DNA of 64,000 nucleotides from Cellulosilyticaceae bacterium (GCA_051650305.1 JBOFIT010000111.1:39782-103781); one strand, 5' to 3'; shown: positions 8,959 to 18,762, counted from the first letter of the stretch. Program-made: numbers and translations. Notes: generated from the sequence alone by a model not told the origin.

Positions 8959-9861
8959 ATGCAAACAATTGCACTTGATTTAAGCAAAAGAGTAGGGGAT
9001 TGGATTAATGCACAGGATAATGTCGTTTTTGAAGACGTATTAGTAAAAAAAGGAAATGTAAATTACAATAATATAACAGGTGTTATCACATTCAACCGTG
9101 CGGGGAGGTATATGATTAGCTGGGATGTTATAACGCAAGGTACTGCAGGGACACCACAGATAGGATTTGCCATTAGAGCTTCTAATGGTCAAGAAATACT
9201 TACAGAGACACCTAGTAAGAATGGGGAAATTGTAGGATTTGGTATGATACAAGTAGATGTAGCACCAGTAGAAGTAAGGTTGGTCAATACGACATCAACA
9301 ACAGTGTATTATTCAACAGAAGTAAAGGTTAAAGCCCACCTAAGTGTAGGAGAATTACTAGAAAATACAAGTGGTTCAAAACCCGTTATATGGGAGTCAG
9401 CAGGGTTACAACTCATCAATAGGCATCCGACACCTATGGAGTACACGGTCATATGCCCAAATAAAGCGATACCTTTTGACAATATGACAGTACAATTTAA
9501 TGGTGTTAATTATCATTGTGATACTTTGAAAATTATAGAAACAGGGATGTATTTAGTATCTTGGCAAATTACAGCAAAAGCAATGGATGGTAGGACGTCT
9601 CCTATTGTGTATCTAGAAGATGAGCAAGGTATTATCTATGGCAAATCAGGCATGGATGGCAATACCCTTGCACCGCTTTCAGGGACCACATTGTTACAAG
9701 TCATGAGTATACCACTAAATGGCGCAAAGGAATTCTACTTTGTGAATCGTACAGATTGTTCGCTCGTTATAGAAAGCATTTATAACGAATGTTCTACGAT
9801 GCCAACTTATTTTGCAGGCTGCTTAACAGTCGTAAAAGTAGGAGATATTTATTATACGTAA
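8959..9861 (+). CDS. Hypothetical protein with two tandem C1q/TNF-like (BclA C-terminal-domain-like) jelly-roll modules
   Basis: ATG at 8959 follows GAGGTGGA (the track ORF starts at an upstream GTG, 8944). Internal duplication: GVITFNRAGRYMISWDVITQG versus DTLKIIETGMYLVSWQITAKA. Each module ends in a hydrophobic beta-like strand. Gene is markedly AT-rich. Confidence 0.6.
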   Translation: MQTIALDLSKRVGDWINAQDNVVFEDVLVKKGNVNYNNITGVITFNRAGRYMISWDVITQGTAGTPQIGFAIRASNGQEILTETPSKNGEIVGFGMIQVDVAPVEVRLVNTTSTTVYYSTEVKVKAHLSVGELLENTSGSKPVIWESAGLQLINRHPTPMEYTVICPNKAIPFDNMTVQFNGVNYHCDTLKIIETGMYLVSWQITAKAMDGRTSPIVYLEDEQGIIYGKSGMDGNTLAPLSGTTLLQVMSIPLNGAKEFYFVNRTDCSLVIESIYNECSTMPTYFAGCLTVVKVGDIYYT

Positions 9862-9871
9862 TACCTTATAC

Positions 9872-9911
9872 AAAAACAGCCTCTAAACCATTTGGATTAG
9901 AGGTTGTTTTT
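9872..9911. terminator. Bidirectional terminator hairpin between convergent genes
   Basis: AAAAACAGCCTCTAA, a 10-nt loop, then TTAGAGGTTGTTTTT. A/T runs on both sides. Overlaps the stop codon of the minus-strand epimerase gene. Confidence 0.7.
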
Positions 9912-10865
9912 GTACCAGTCAATAGTATGGTGTATACCTTGATAAAAGTCAACGGCAGGTACATAGCCTAAAAGTTTTTTTGCTAGATCAATACAAGCAC
10001 AGCTATCTTGAATATCGCCTGAACGAGGGGGGCCATAGTGAGGTGGAGAGGGGAAGTTTAAATGGTCGGCAAGGGTGGTATAAAGAGTGTTAAGAGAAAT
10101 ACTGTCACCACAACCAATATTAAAGGCTTTGCCGGAGGCCAGAGAAGGGGCGAGACAAGCTTTGAGGTTGGCTTCTACTACATTTTCAATAAAAGTAAAA
10201 TCTCTAGATATGTGACCATCACCATGAATAGTAGGCGTCTTATTTTGTAGCATAAGGGAAATGAATTTTGGAATGACAGCAGAGTAATCAGAGTGGGGAT
10301 CTTGGTTTTTACCAAAAACGTTGAAGTAGCGAAGACCGATGGTCTCTAACCCGTAAGCATCATGAAATAGCCTGCCATAAGCCTCATTTACTTTTTTGGT
10401 AAGGGCATAGGGTGAAAGGGGTGTACCTACTTGGGATTCGACTTTTGGAAGAGAAAAATCATTACCGTACACCGAGGATGAAGAAGCGTATACAACCCGT
10501 TTCACACCACAGTCTCTAGCAGCAGTCAATACATTAAGGGTACCTTTGATATTAATATCAGCATACACTAAAGGCATTTTGAGAGACTTAGGTACAGAGC
10601 CCCAAGCTGCTTGATGAAGTACATAATTGATACGGTTGCAAGCTTTAAGGCAAGTGTCAAAATCGCGGATATCACCCTCGCATAGTTCGAAAAGAGGATG
10701 AGCTAAGAACGGCTCTAGATTTTTAGCATAGCCAGTAGAAAAGTTATCGAGTACGCGTACGAAGTAGTGATGGTCAAGAAGTGCTTCTACTAAATTTGAA
10801 CCTATAAAGCCAGCACCACCTGTTACAAGAAAAGTTGTGTCAGTAGGGAAGGGAGGGATATGCAT
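9897..10865 (-). CDS. NAD-dependent nucleotide-sugar epimerase (TviC/WbpP-like, SDR family)
   Basis: LVTGGAGFIGSNL Rossmann motif and the YALTK catalytic motif. Immediately downstream of a TviB-type dehydrogenase (1-nt gap), the classic UDP-GlcNAc to UDP-GalNAcA pair. Confidence 0.85.
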   Translation of the reverse strand: MHIPPFPTDTTFLVTGGAGFIGSNLVEALLDHHYFVRVLDNFSTGYAKNLEPFLAHPLFELCEGDIRDFDTCLKACNRINYVLHQAAWGSVPKSLKMPLVYADINIKGTLNVLTAARDCGVKRVVYASSSSVYGNDFSLPKVESQVGTPLSPYALTKKVNEAYGRLFHDAYGLETIGLRYFNVFGKNQDPHSDYSAVIPKFISLMLQNKTPTIHGDGHISRDFTFIENVVEANLKACLAPSLASGKAFNIGCGDSISLNTLYTTLADHLNFPSPPHYGPPRSGDIQDSCACIDLAKKLLGYVPAVDFYQGIHHTIDWYKNNL

Positions 10866-10866
10866 C

Positions 10867-12180
10867 TTACAACCTCCAATACGTATAGCCTAAGGTGCGT
10901 GCTTGCTCTTTATCCAGTATGCCTTTTAGGTCTAAAAGAATAGGAGACCCATGAGGAGCAAACAATGGACTTAATTCGGCAAAAGTTAGATTCTTATAAA
11001 AGTCATGGCTTACAGCAATAATGAGCGCATCGAGGATAGGAAGGGCATCAAAAGGCATGAGCGATAGATTATAAGTCGCTTCTACTTCTAGTATGTCGGC
11101 TAAGGGATCACATATAAAGGGGTGGATGCCATACTCAGTTAGCCCATGGATAATATCCACTACTTTTGAATTGCGAACATCTGGGCAGTTTTCTTTGAAG
11201 GTAATACCTAGTATGCCTACGTTAGCACCTTTCACCCGTTTGTCTTGAGCGATGAGGAGCTTAACGACTTTTTCAGCCACATATTTTCCCATGGAGTCAT
11301 TGATATGACGACCAGATAAGATGACTTGAGATTGATAGCCTAAGAGATCTGCTTTATAAGTGAGATAGTAAGGATCAACCCCGATACAGTGGCCACCTAC
11401 AAGACCAGGATAAAAGTTTAGAAAATTCCATTTGGTAGAAGCAGCTTTTAAGACATCTAAAGTATCGATATGCATCTTATCAAAGATAATAGAAAGTTCA
11501 TTGACAAAAGCAATATTAATATCACGTTGGGCATTTTCGATAACTTTAGCAGCTTCAGCAACTTTGATACTAGGTGCCCGGTAGACACCTGCATCAATAA
11601 TGCATTCGTACACTTTGGCAATGGTTTCTAAGGATTGGGCATCTATCCCGGATACGATTTTAATGATTTTATCAACGGTGTGTATCTTATCTCCAGGATT
11701 CACACGTTCTGGGGAATAACCAACCTTAAAGTCTTTGCCGCAGATAAGTCCAGATTTTTCTTCCAATAGAGGAATGCAGATATCCTCTGTGACACCAGGA
11801 TAGACGGTAGATTCGTAGACCACAATAGAGCCAGGGGTGAGATAGGTACCTACAGTCTCGGATGCTTTGATAAGGGGCGTTAAATCCGGTGAATGATCAG
11901 CATTTACAGGGGTAGGAACGGCGATGATGTGGCATTTAGCGTGACGTAGCATAGACGAGTCGGATGTGAATGTCATCGATGTTTGTAAAAGTGCATCAGA
12001 ACCCACTTCATCGGTAGGGTCAATGCCGTCTAGATATGCATTTATTTTTTGTATATTTTTATCAAAGCCAATGACATCGAAGTGACGTGCAAAGGCAATG
12101 GCTAATACAATGCCCACATAGCCTAGTCCAATGACAGAAAGCCGATCTTCTTTTGCAAGTAAGGAATCATATGACAACAT
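10867..12180 (-). CDS. Nucleotide-sugar 6-dehydrogenase (UDP-GlcNAc/UDP-ManNAc dehydrogenase, TviB/WbpO-like)
   Basis: VIGLGYVGIVLAIAF NAD fold and the GGHCIGVDPYYL catalytic-Cys motif. Start chosen at the ATG (12180) 7 nt after AAGGAGG. The track ORF extends 10 codons further upstream. Confidence 0.85.
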   Translation of the reverse strand: MLSYDSLLAKEDRLSVIGLGYVGIVLAIAFARHFDVIGFDKNIQKINAYLDGIDPTDEVGSDALLQTSMTFTSDSSMLRHAKCHIIAVPTPVNADHSPDLTPLIKASETVGTYLTPGSIVVYESTVYPGVTEDICIPLLEEKSGLICGKDFKVGYSPERVNPGDKIHTVDKIIKIVSGIDAQSLETIAKVYECIIDAGVYRAPSIKVAEAAKVIENAQRDINIAFVNELSIIFDKMHIDTLDVLKAASTKWNFLNFYPGLVGGHCIGVDPYYLTYKADLLGYQSQVILSGRHINDSMGKYVAEKVVKLLIAQDKRVKGANVGILGITFKENCPDVRNSKVVDIIHGLTEYGIHPFICDPLADILEVEATYNLSLMPFDALPILDALIIAVSHDFYKNLTFAELSPLFAPHGSPILLDLKGILDKEQARTLGYTYWRL

Positions 12181-12342
12181 AAAAAAACCTCCTTTTAAGA
12201 CCGACATCAATTCAAGTTAAGTAGGAATGATGTCACTATAATAGTATTCATCAAACAAAAAGAGGGTGTCTAAATTTAGGTAAATTGAAACTTTTTAACA
12301 GAAATACATAGGATGGTAGGAGATGGATATAAGGAGGGACTT

Positions 12343-13476
12343 ATGCAACCATTAGAGCAAGCACTTTATGTAACAAAACCTTATTTGCCTCCTAAAGAAG
12401 AGTATATAGGTATGCTAGAACGTATATGGGAAAGTCATTGCCTGACCAATAATGGACCACTTCATCAGCAATTAGAAGATAGCCTTAAAAAGTATTTGAA
12501 AGTAGCAGGAGTAAGCTTATTCACCAATGGACATCTAGCACTAGAAGCTGCATTAGAAGTATTGAACATCCAAGGAGAGGTCATTACGACGCCTTTTACA
12601 TTTGCATCTACAACCCATGCCATTGTAAGAAGGGGATTGACACCCGTATTTGCAGATATACGTCCTGACAACTTTACGATAGATTCTGAGAAGATAGAGC
12701 GTCTGATTACAGAACGTACATCAGCTCTTTTGCCGGTACATGTTTTTGGGTATCCGTGTGATGTTTTAGCTATTCAAAAAATAGCTGAAAAGTACAGTCT
12801 TAAAGTTATTTATGATGCAGCCCATGCTTTTGGCGTAACTTTTAAGGAGAAGGGTATAGGGGATTATGGTGATCTATCCATGTTTTCTATGCATGCGACA
12901 AAAGTTTTCCATACCATTGAAGGTGGTGCTGTTACTTATGGGGACGGCAGCCTAAAAGAACAACTTGAGTATCTAAAGAATTTTGGGATTATAGGTCCAG
13001 AAACGGTGGTTGGAGTGGGGATGAATGCCAAGATGAATGAGTTTCAAGCAGCCATGGGACTTATTAATTTGCAACATATTGATGAGCAGATGACAAGGAG
13101 AAAGTACCTTACTCAATGCTATAGAGAGGGACTTAAAGATATATCAGGCATTGGCTATTTAGAAGATTTGGAAGATACGAAGCACAATTACGCCTACATG
13201 CCTATTCTTGTGAGTGAAGAATCAGGTATGACAAGAGATGAACTGCATGAAGCACTTAAAGCATACAATATTTATACGAGGAAATATTTTTATCCGCTCA
13301 TTACATCATTCCAGTGTTATCAAGGGAGGTATAGGACAGAACATCTCATCCATGCAAAGAGGGTTGCAAATCAGGTGCTTACCTTACCTATATATGGCGA
13401 ATTGGAAGTCCATTTGGTGGACTATATTGTGGAGGCTATAAAAGAGATCATTAAGAAAAGAAGGGGGAAAGTATAA
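12343..13476 (+). CDS. DegT/DnrJ/EryC1/StrS-family sugar aminotransferase
   Basis: TNGHLALEAAL, DAAHAFG and SMHATK (PLP lysine) motifs. ATG at 12343 follows AAGGAGGG. Confidence 0.85.
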   Translation: MQPLEQALYVTKPYLPPKEEYIGMLERIWESHCLTNNGPLHQQLEDSLKKYLKVAGVSLFTNGHLALEAALEVLNIQGEVITTPFTFASTTHAIVRRGLTPVFADIRPDNFTIDSEKIERLITERTSALLPVHVFGYPCDVLAIQKIAEKYSLKVIYDAAHAFGVTFKEKGIGDYGDLSMFSMHATKVFHTIEGGAVTYGDGSLKEQLEYLKNFGIIGPETVVGVGMNAKMNEFQAAMGLINLQHIDEQMTRRKYLTQCYREGLKDISGIGYLEDLEDTKHNYAYMPILVSEESGMTRDELHEALKAYNIYTRKYFYPLITSFQCYQGRYRTEHLIHAKRVANQVLTLPIYGELEVHLVDYIVEAIKEIIKKRRGKV

Positions 13477-14601
13477 ATGGCAATTCAATTGTTTGTGCCT
13501 ACTTTTAGAATAGAAGAGTGTCTAGAGGAAATACGTGAGTGCTTAGAAAAAGGTTGGACGGGAATAGGCTTTAAGACGGTAGCATTTGAAGAAGCATGGA
13601 AAGCCTACACAGGGTTAAAGCATGCACACTTTCTCAATTCTGCCACGGCAGCTTTACATCTGGCGATTAAGGTTTTTAAAATGCAGTATGGCTGGCAAGA
13701 GGAGGATGAGATTATTTCCACACCTCTTACTTTTGTATCAACTAATCATGCCATAGCGTATGAGGGATTAAAGATTGTTTTTGCAGATGTAGACCACTAT
13801 CTGTGTCTAGACCCAATGGATGTGGAAAAGAAAATTACACCAAGGACGAAGGCTATCATGTATGTTGGGCTAGGTGGCAATACGGGAAAATATAAAGAGA
13901 TAGTGGCTTTATGCAAAAAATACAATTTGAAACTTATTTTAGATGCAGCACATATGGCAGGTACAAGGTTAGATGGTGAAATAGTAGGGAAAGAAGCGGA
14001 TGCGGTCAGTTATTCTTTTCAAGCAGTCAAAAATTTACCTACAGGGGATTCGGGGATGATTTGTTTTAAAGAGGCTGAGCATGACGCTTTGGTCCGTAAA
14101 TTAAGTTGGCTAGGGATTGATAAGGATACTTACCAAAGAGAGCAAGGGAACTATAAGTGGGAGTATGAGGTAGAGTACTTGGGTTATAAATATAATGGGA
14201 ACGCTATTATGGCAGCCATTGCACTGGTACAGCTTAAATATCTAGAGGAGGATAATGCTTATCGTAGGCAACTTGCTGAGTGGTATGATGAGTACCTTAC
14301 AGCTGCTGGAAAAGAACGTTTCATCATTCCAATAAGGGAGGGGTGTGTATCAAGCAGACATCTTTATATGATTAAGGTGAACAATAGAGATGGGTTGATG
14401 ACCAAGCTTAATGAAGCAGGTGTTTTCCCTGGGGTACACTACCGAGATAATACAGAATACACGTTATACCGTTATGGCGATGGCACATGCCCACAGGCTA
14501 GGCAGTTGAGTAAATCCATTATATCGTTGCCTATGCATATGCGTTTGACCAAAGAGGATGTAGCTTTTGTATGTCAGCAGGTTATTCAGTATGGAGAGTA
14601 A
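13477..14601 (+). CDS. DegT/DnrJ/EryC1/StrS-family sugar aminotransferase (second copy)
   Basis: NSATAALHLA, DAAHMAG and SFQAVKNL (PLP lysine) motifs. Starts directly after the previous stop. Confidence 0.85.
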   Translation: MAIQLFVPTFRIEECLEEIRECLEKGWTGIGFKTVAFEEAWKAYTGLKHAHFLNSATAALHLAIKVFKMQYGWQEEDEIISTPLTFVSTNHAIAYEGLKIVFADVDHYLCLDPMDVEKKITPRTKAIMYVGLGGNTGKYKEIVALCKKYNLKLILDAAHMAGTRLDGEIVGKEADAVSYSFQAVKNLPTGDSGMICFKEAEHDALVRKLSWLGIDKDTYQREQGNYKWEYEVEYLGYKYNGNAIMAAIALVQLKYLEEDNAYRRQLAEWYDEYLTAAGKERFIIPIREGCVSSRHLYMIKVNNRDGLMTKLNEAGVFPGVHYRDNTEYTLYRYGDGTCPQARQLSKSIISLPMHMRLTKEDVAFVCQQVIQYGE

Positions 14602-15112
14602 TAGGAAGGGGCCATTAATAGAGGGAGATCTATGTCTTGTAGCTATGGATGAAGTGAGCTGTGAGCAAGTGCGTCTATGGCGCAATCAAACTAGTGTAGC
14701 CACAGGTTTTTTAGACCAGAGGCATATTACAGCAGAGCAGCAACAGGTGTGGTATAAGCGCTATAAGGAAAAAGATGATGAAGAGATGTTCATGATTTGC
14801 TGGCAAAATCAAATGGTAGGTGCACTGGCATTGTATGGCATTAATCATGCAGAAAAAAAGGCGGAATTCGGCCGTATGATGATAGGGGAAGAAAGCGCAA
14901 GAGGAAAAGGGATCGCAAAAAAAGCCATACAACTCATTTGTCAGTATGGCTTTGAAGTGTTAGAGCTTGAAACCATTGAATTAGAGGTGTTTGAGACCAA
15001 TACAGTAGCTTATAAGCTCTATGAGAGAGTAGGGTTTGTTGAACAGCGTAGATACATCAAGAATGGATGTAGATTATGCGTTATGTATTTTCATAAAAAT
15101 GCCAAGGAATAA
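14591..15112 (+). CDS. GNAT-family N-acetyltransferase (PseH/RimL-like sugar N-acetyltransferase)
   Basis: VRLWRNQ near the N-terminus and the acetyl-CoA motif RGKGIAKKAIQL. Start taken at ATG 14591, giving an 11-nt overlap with the upstream gene. Confidence 0.72.
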   Translation: MESNRKGPLIEGDLCLVAMDEVSCEQVRLWRNQTSVATGFLDQRHITAEQQQVWYKRYKEKDDEEMFMICWQNQMVGALALYGINHAEKKAEFGRMMIGEESARGKGIAKKAIQLICQYGFEVLELETIELEVFETNTVAYKLYERVGFVEQRRYIKNGCRLCVMYFHKNAKE

Positions 15113-15161
15113 AAGAATAGTCTATGGTGTTTATGGTAAGGAAAGAGAAGGGAGCCACAAG

Positions 15162-15812
15162 GTGAAGGTTGCAGTGGTAGGTGCTGGGGGACATGGAAAA
15201 GTAGTGATAGATATTGTTGAACAGATCAAAGGGATGGAAATTATGGGATGCATCAATACCTATGAAAATGAACTGGATCGACTGCAGGCTTATCCCATCA
15301 TAGGATATCCTAGAGACTTAAGCTGCCTAAGGGAAATAGAAGGGGTTTTCTTTGCCATTGGCGATAATTATAAGAGAGGACAATGGGTACAGCATATACA
15401 GGCCCTTTATCCTCACTTAGTGTATCCCGTAGCGATGCACCCACAAAGTATATGTGCAAAAGATGCAACGATTGAAAAGGGAGTAGTTATTGGCACAGGT
15501 GCTATTGTGCAAACGGGTGCCCAAGTAGGTGCATTTTCGCTTATTAATACAGGTGCAATACTTGAACATGATAGTGTGATGGAGGCATTTAGCTCACTTG
15601 CCCCCGCTAGTTGTACAGGAGGGGGCGTGAAAATAGGTGCTTACACGGCTATAGGAATGCATGCCACCCTTTTGCAGCGTGTGAAGGTAGGTGACTATAG
15701 TGTCATTGGAGCAGGGGCAGTCGTCACACGAGATATACAACCGTGTATGGTAGCCTATGGTGTACCTGCAAAAAGTATACGCGAGCGAACAAAGGATGAA
15801 GCTTACTTATGA
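15162..15812 (+). CDS. NeuD/PglD-like sugar acetyltransferase (left-handed beta-helix, hexapeptide repeats)
   Basis: VAVVGAGGHGKVVIDIV N-terminal Rossmann-like domain, then hexapeptide repeats (IGTGAIV, VGAFSLINTGAI, IGAYTAIG). GTG 15162 lies 7 nt after GAAGGGAG. The track ORF starts earlier, overlapping the GNAT gene. Confidence 0.72.
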   Translation: MKVAVVGAGGHGKVVIDIVEQIKGMEIMGCINTYENELDRLQAYPIIGYPRDLSCLREIEGVFFAIGDNYKRGQWVQHIQALYPHLVYPVAMHPQSICAKDATIEKGVVIGTGAIVQTGAQVGAFSLINTGAILEHDSVMEAFSSLAPASCTGGGVKIGAYTAIGMHATLLQRVKVGDYSVIGAGAVVTRDIQPCMVAYGVPAKSIRERTKDEAYL

Positions 15813-16690
15813 GAATCCTTATAGTTGGAAAAAAACTCGAAATTCTCTTGGGCTAATGCCATATCATAAGGGTGGGTTTCTCTTGATAAGGGGTCATGAA
15901 TAGAGGCACTATAGCACGAGCACTCACCCGCTTGAAGTGCGTGCAGATAATGGGCGGTTTTGGGCTGTACGATGGTAGAGAAGGACTTGTGAGTATAAAG
16001 GGTGGGGTAATAGACACGACAACACTCACAAGGAACTTCACGCTTGAAAGCACATAAATCAATCATAGGACAAGTATTACAAGGGATTTGGGTGCGAAAG
16101 GAGACGTTGAAATTGCCTGTATAAGCTGTTTTGTAAGGGGTACATAGATTAATACGGGGGCCGATTTCTTTATCTGCACCACAAGACTCTTCGTTCCAGT
16201 AGCCAATAAGCTCAATAACTTCAGGGGTCAAATAATGACAGCATCCAATAATGACATTGCTATAAAAGCAAGACTCAGCGCCATTGAAGGTAGGCGTCAA
16301 ATGGCTGAGAGAAGACTGGAAGTGACCTTTTGATGCAGCACCAATAAGACCAAGGTCAGGGAAAGCTTTTCGGGTAGATTCAAACTTTTGGATCCAATGA
16401 GGATCTTCGATCCATACGTCATTTTCTACATGAATAAAAGGCTGATCTTTTTTGCGTTTACTCAGTGCATAATTGATGGCATAAACAACACCACAATTTT
16501 TAGTGAAGTGGTGTCTAAAGATGATGCGTGGGTCGTCTAGTGTCTGGATATACTCCCATATCCCATCACTCGAACCATTATCCAGAATGCATAAATCAAA
16601 ATCATCTTTTGTAGCTAGAAGGGCTTTAAGATTTTGAGCAGATGCACCTGCTCTGTTATAAGATAGAAAGCAGACAAGTGGCTTAGTCAT
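15803..16690 (-). CDS. Family-2 glycosyltransferase with a cysteine-rich C-terminal region
   Basis: VCFLSYNRA...LDNGSSDG GT-A motifs, then a C-terminal half with about 14 Cys (CNTC, CECC, CSC). No hydrophobic helix. Its 3' end overlaps the convergent acetyltransferase gene by 10 bp. Confidence 0.72.
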   Translation of the reverse strand: MTKPLVCFLSYNRAGASAQNLKALLATKDDFDLCILDNGSSDGIWEYIQTLDDPRIIFRHHFTKNCGVVYAINYALSKRKKDQPFIHVENDVWIEDPHWIQKFESTRKAFPDLGLIGAASKGHFQSSLSHLTPTFNGAESCFYSNVIIGCCHYLTPEVIELIGYWNEESCGADKEIGPRINLCTPYKTAYTGNFNVSFRTQIPCNTCPMIDLCAFKREVPCECCRVYYPTLYTHKSFSTIVQPKTAHYLHALQAGECSCYSASIHDPLSRETHPYDMALAQENFEFFSNYKDSHK

Positions 16691-16715
16691 ACAGAACCTC
16701 CTCTAGAGATGCACA

Positions 16716-17732
16716 TTATTTTTGGAAAGGTGAAAAATGTTTTGATACGTTGGTAATGAAGCGGGTGATGACAGCATCTTCATGATAGTAAGTGGCCATT
16801 TTATGATGGGCAGCTTGGGAAAAATCAAGACGAAGGGAGGCATCGACAAGAAGCCATTCTAAATAGTAATACCAGTCATTTTCAGTGTGTGCTAGAAAGC
16901 CAGAAACATTATGGTCGATAAGGGTACGATGGTGTTCGGTAGCAGAGGCTACGATAGGCAGCCCTAGATGCATCATACGCTTGAGAGAAAAGCCGCTTTT
17001 ACCGATGCGATCAGGTATATCGATATAAGGAAGGATAAAGATATCAGATTGACTGACTTGTGGGATGATATGCCGTATATAACTATCCATAGGCTCATAA
17101 GGGATAAAGTGTGCAAAGGGAAAAGCGTCCCGCACAGAGCCGCTTAAATCACGATAGTCTACCCCCATATGCCAACCAAAGAGATTAAGGGTAAATCCGT
17201 ATTGGTAGTAGAGGTCTAAAAGAGGTCTACGAATAGAAAGTAAGTCTTGGATATAAGCATCTGCACAAGATTGTTGCCAGCCGATAATAAGCGGATGGTT
17301 ATGTTTTGCATTGGCTGGGGTATAAGGATAATTTGCTTGATCTAAGAGGCAACTGATCGTTTCAACAGGTTGGGTAGTGAAATTTTTCAGCACTTCCTTG
17401 TGACGGTTTGTACCTACTAAAATGAGGTCAGTAAGCTGGAGTGTATTGATATGCTCGGCATTTTGCATATCTTGAAAATCATCATCGATATGGCAGAGAA
17501 AGACTTTACCTTTTAAGTGGCTGATGGCTTTTGATGTATGGGCTGGGCATTGCACAATCTTTTGGAAGAAGATAATAGAAGCTTTGCAGTCTTGAAGTCG
17601 TGCATATTTTTCTTCTAGAGATGTAATGATATCAACGTCATAGCCTTTGTTTATAAGTGCATGAGCAAACATTAGGTTAGAGAAAGAAGTGGTAGAATTA
17701 TTTTGACCCAATAAGAAAAAGTAAACTTTCAT
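16716..17732 (-). CDS. Putative glycosyltransferase (GT-B, CgeB/GT1-like C-terminal domain)
   Basis: Start at the ATG preceded by AAGGAGGGA (MKVYFFLLGQ). C-terminal GLPIVASATEHHRTLIDHNVSGFL resembles the GT1 nucleotide-sugar-binding region. Confidence 0.55.
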   Translation of the reverse strand: MKVYFFLLGQNNSTTSFSNLMFAHALINKGYDVDIITSLEEKYARLQDCKASIIFFQKIVQCPAHTSKAISHLKGKVFLCHIDDDFQDMQNAEHINTLQLTDLILVGTNRHKEVLKNFTTQPVETISCLLDQANYPYTPANAKHNHPLIIGWQQSCADAYIQDLLSIRRPLLDLYYQYGFTLNLFGWHMGVDYRDLSGSVRDAFPFAHFIPYEPMDSYIRHIIPQVSQSDIFILPYIDIPDRIGKSGFSLKRMMHLGLPIVASATEHHRTLIDHNVSGFLAHTENDWYYYLEWLLVDASLRLDFSQAAHHKMATYYHEDAVITRFITNVSKHFSPFQK

Positions 17733-17745
17733 GATGATTCCCTCC

Positions 17746-18762
17746 TTAACGTGATGACTGGTGGAGCTGGATAAGTTTATTGAGATAGCGTTCATAGGTC
17801 ATCGAAGGGGTAAAGTTTTTGGCACGAGAAAGCATAGTAGCAGAGATACTCCCTTGTTGCTCTAAGGTGCGGTCAATCTTTTGGATAAGATCTTGTAGGT
17901 CTACAGTAGGGAATGTTTGTAGTGGTTGAGAACAGGAAGCTAGGAGCGCACTGTCTCCTATAAGTTCAGGGAGACTTCCGGAATGAAGTCCTACAAGGGG
18001 AGTTCCAGTATGCAAGGTTTCTATGACCATATTTGAGCAACCTTCATGGGCTTTAAGGTGAAGTACCATATCGACTGTACGAAGTAGGTCAGGCATCATA
18101 GTACGATCGATAGGATGAAGCAGGTCTAACCAAGAGATGTTTTTGAAATGAGCATCTCGAAGCATTTGTTCATGAGGAGGGAAGGCGCGACCTAGAACCC
18201 AAAAAGTGAGATCATTACGATATTCATAGTGCTTGATCACTTGCATGAGAATATCCATGGAGTGTGTAGCAGTATGAGGGGTCCCCCAATACGCAGCGGC
18301 TAAAATGACTTTTTTATCAGTAGGGCGAGAAAGCTTATTACCGTAGGGGTGGAAAAGTGAATCATCGGCGCAGTTGTAGATAATCTCACCATCAGGTTCA
18401 TGCTGGTTATAGATGCTCCTAAAAAGGTACTCTTTAGAGAAGTGACTTTGGTAGACGATGGCATCAGCAAAGTCTATAAGGGTTTTAAGTTCATTGTTTT
18501 TATTTTGGATAACCTGTGCATTAGGATGATTGTAAGGGAGATAGATGGCACCTAAACGCTGTAAAATTTTAATGTTTTTATCTTTAAGGCTTTGAAGTTC
18601 TAAGGGAGTAGAAAGATTAGCAACAGAACAAAAAACATCAACCGTAGGATCATAACCATAGCTTACGGTATGACCTTGGTGGATGCAGTAATGGCTAAAA
18701 CCTTTAATCCAGCTTCTAGCACCTCCGGGACCATCATAGTGTTGGGAAAAACCTATTTTCAT
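17746..18762 (-). CDS. Glycosyltransferase, GT1/GT4-like
   Basis: HEGCSNMVIETLHTGTPLVGLHSGSLPELI, an E-x7-E-type region of retaining GT-B enzymes. No transmembrane segment. Confidence 0.7.
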   Translation of the reverse strand: MKIGFSQHYDGPGGARSWIKGFSHYCIHQGHTVSYGYDPTVDVFCSVANLSTPLELQSLKDKNIKILQRLGAIYLPYNHPNAQVIQNKNNELKTLIDFADAIVYQSHFSKEYLFRSIYNQHEPDGEIIYNCADDSLFHPYGNKLSRPTDKKVILAAAYWGTPHTATHSMDILMQVIKHYEYRNDLTFWVLGRAFPPHEQMLRDAHFKNISWLDLLHPIDRTMMPDLLRTVDMVLHLKAHEGCSNMVIETLHTGTPLVGLHSGSLPELIGDSALLASCSQPLQTFPTVDLQDLIQKIDRTLEQQGSISATMLSRAKNFTPSMTYERYLNKLIQLHQSSR

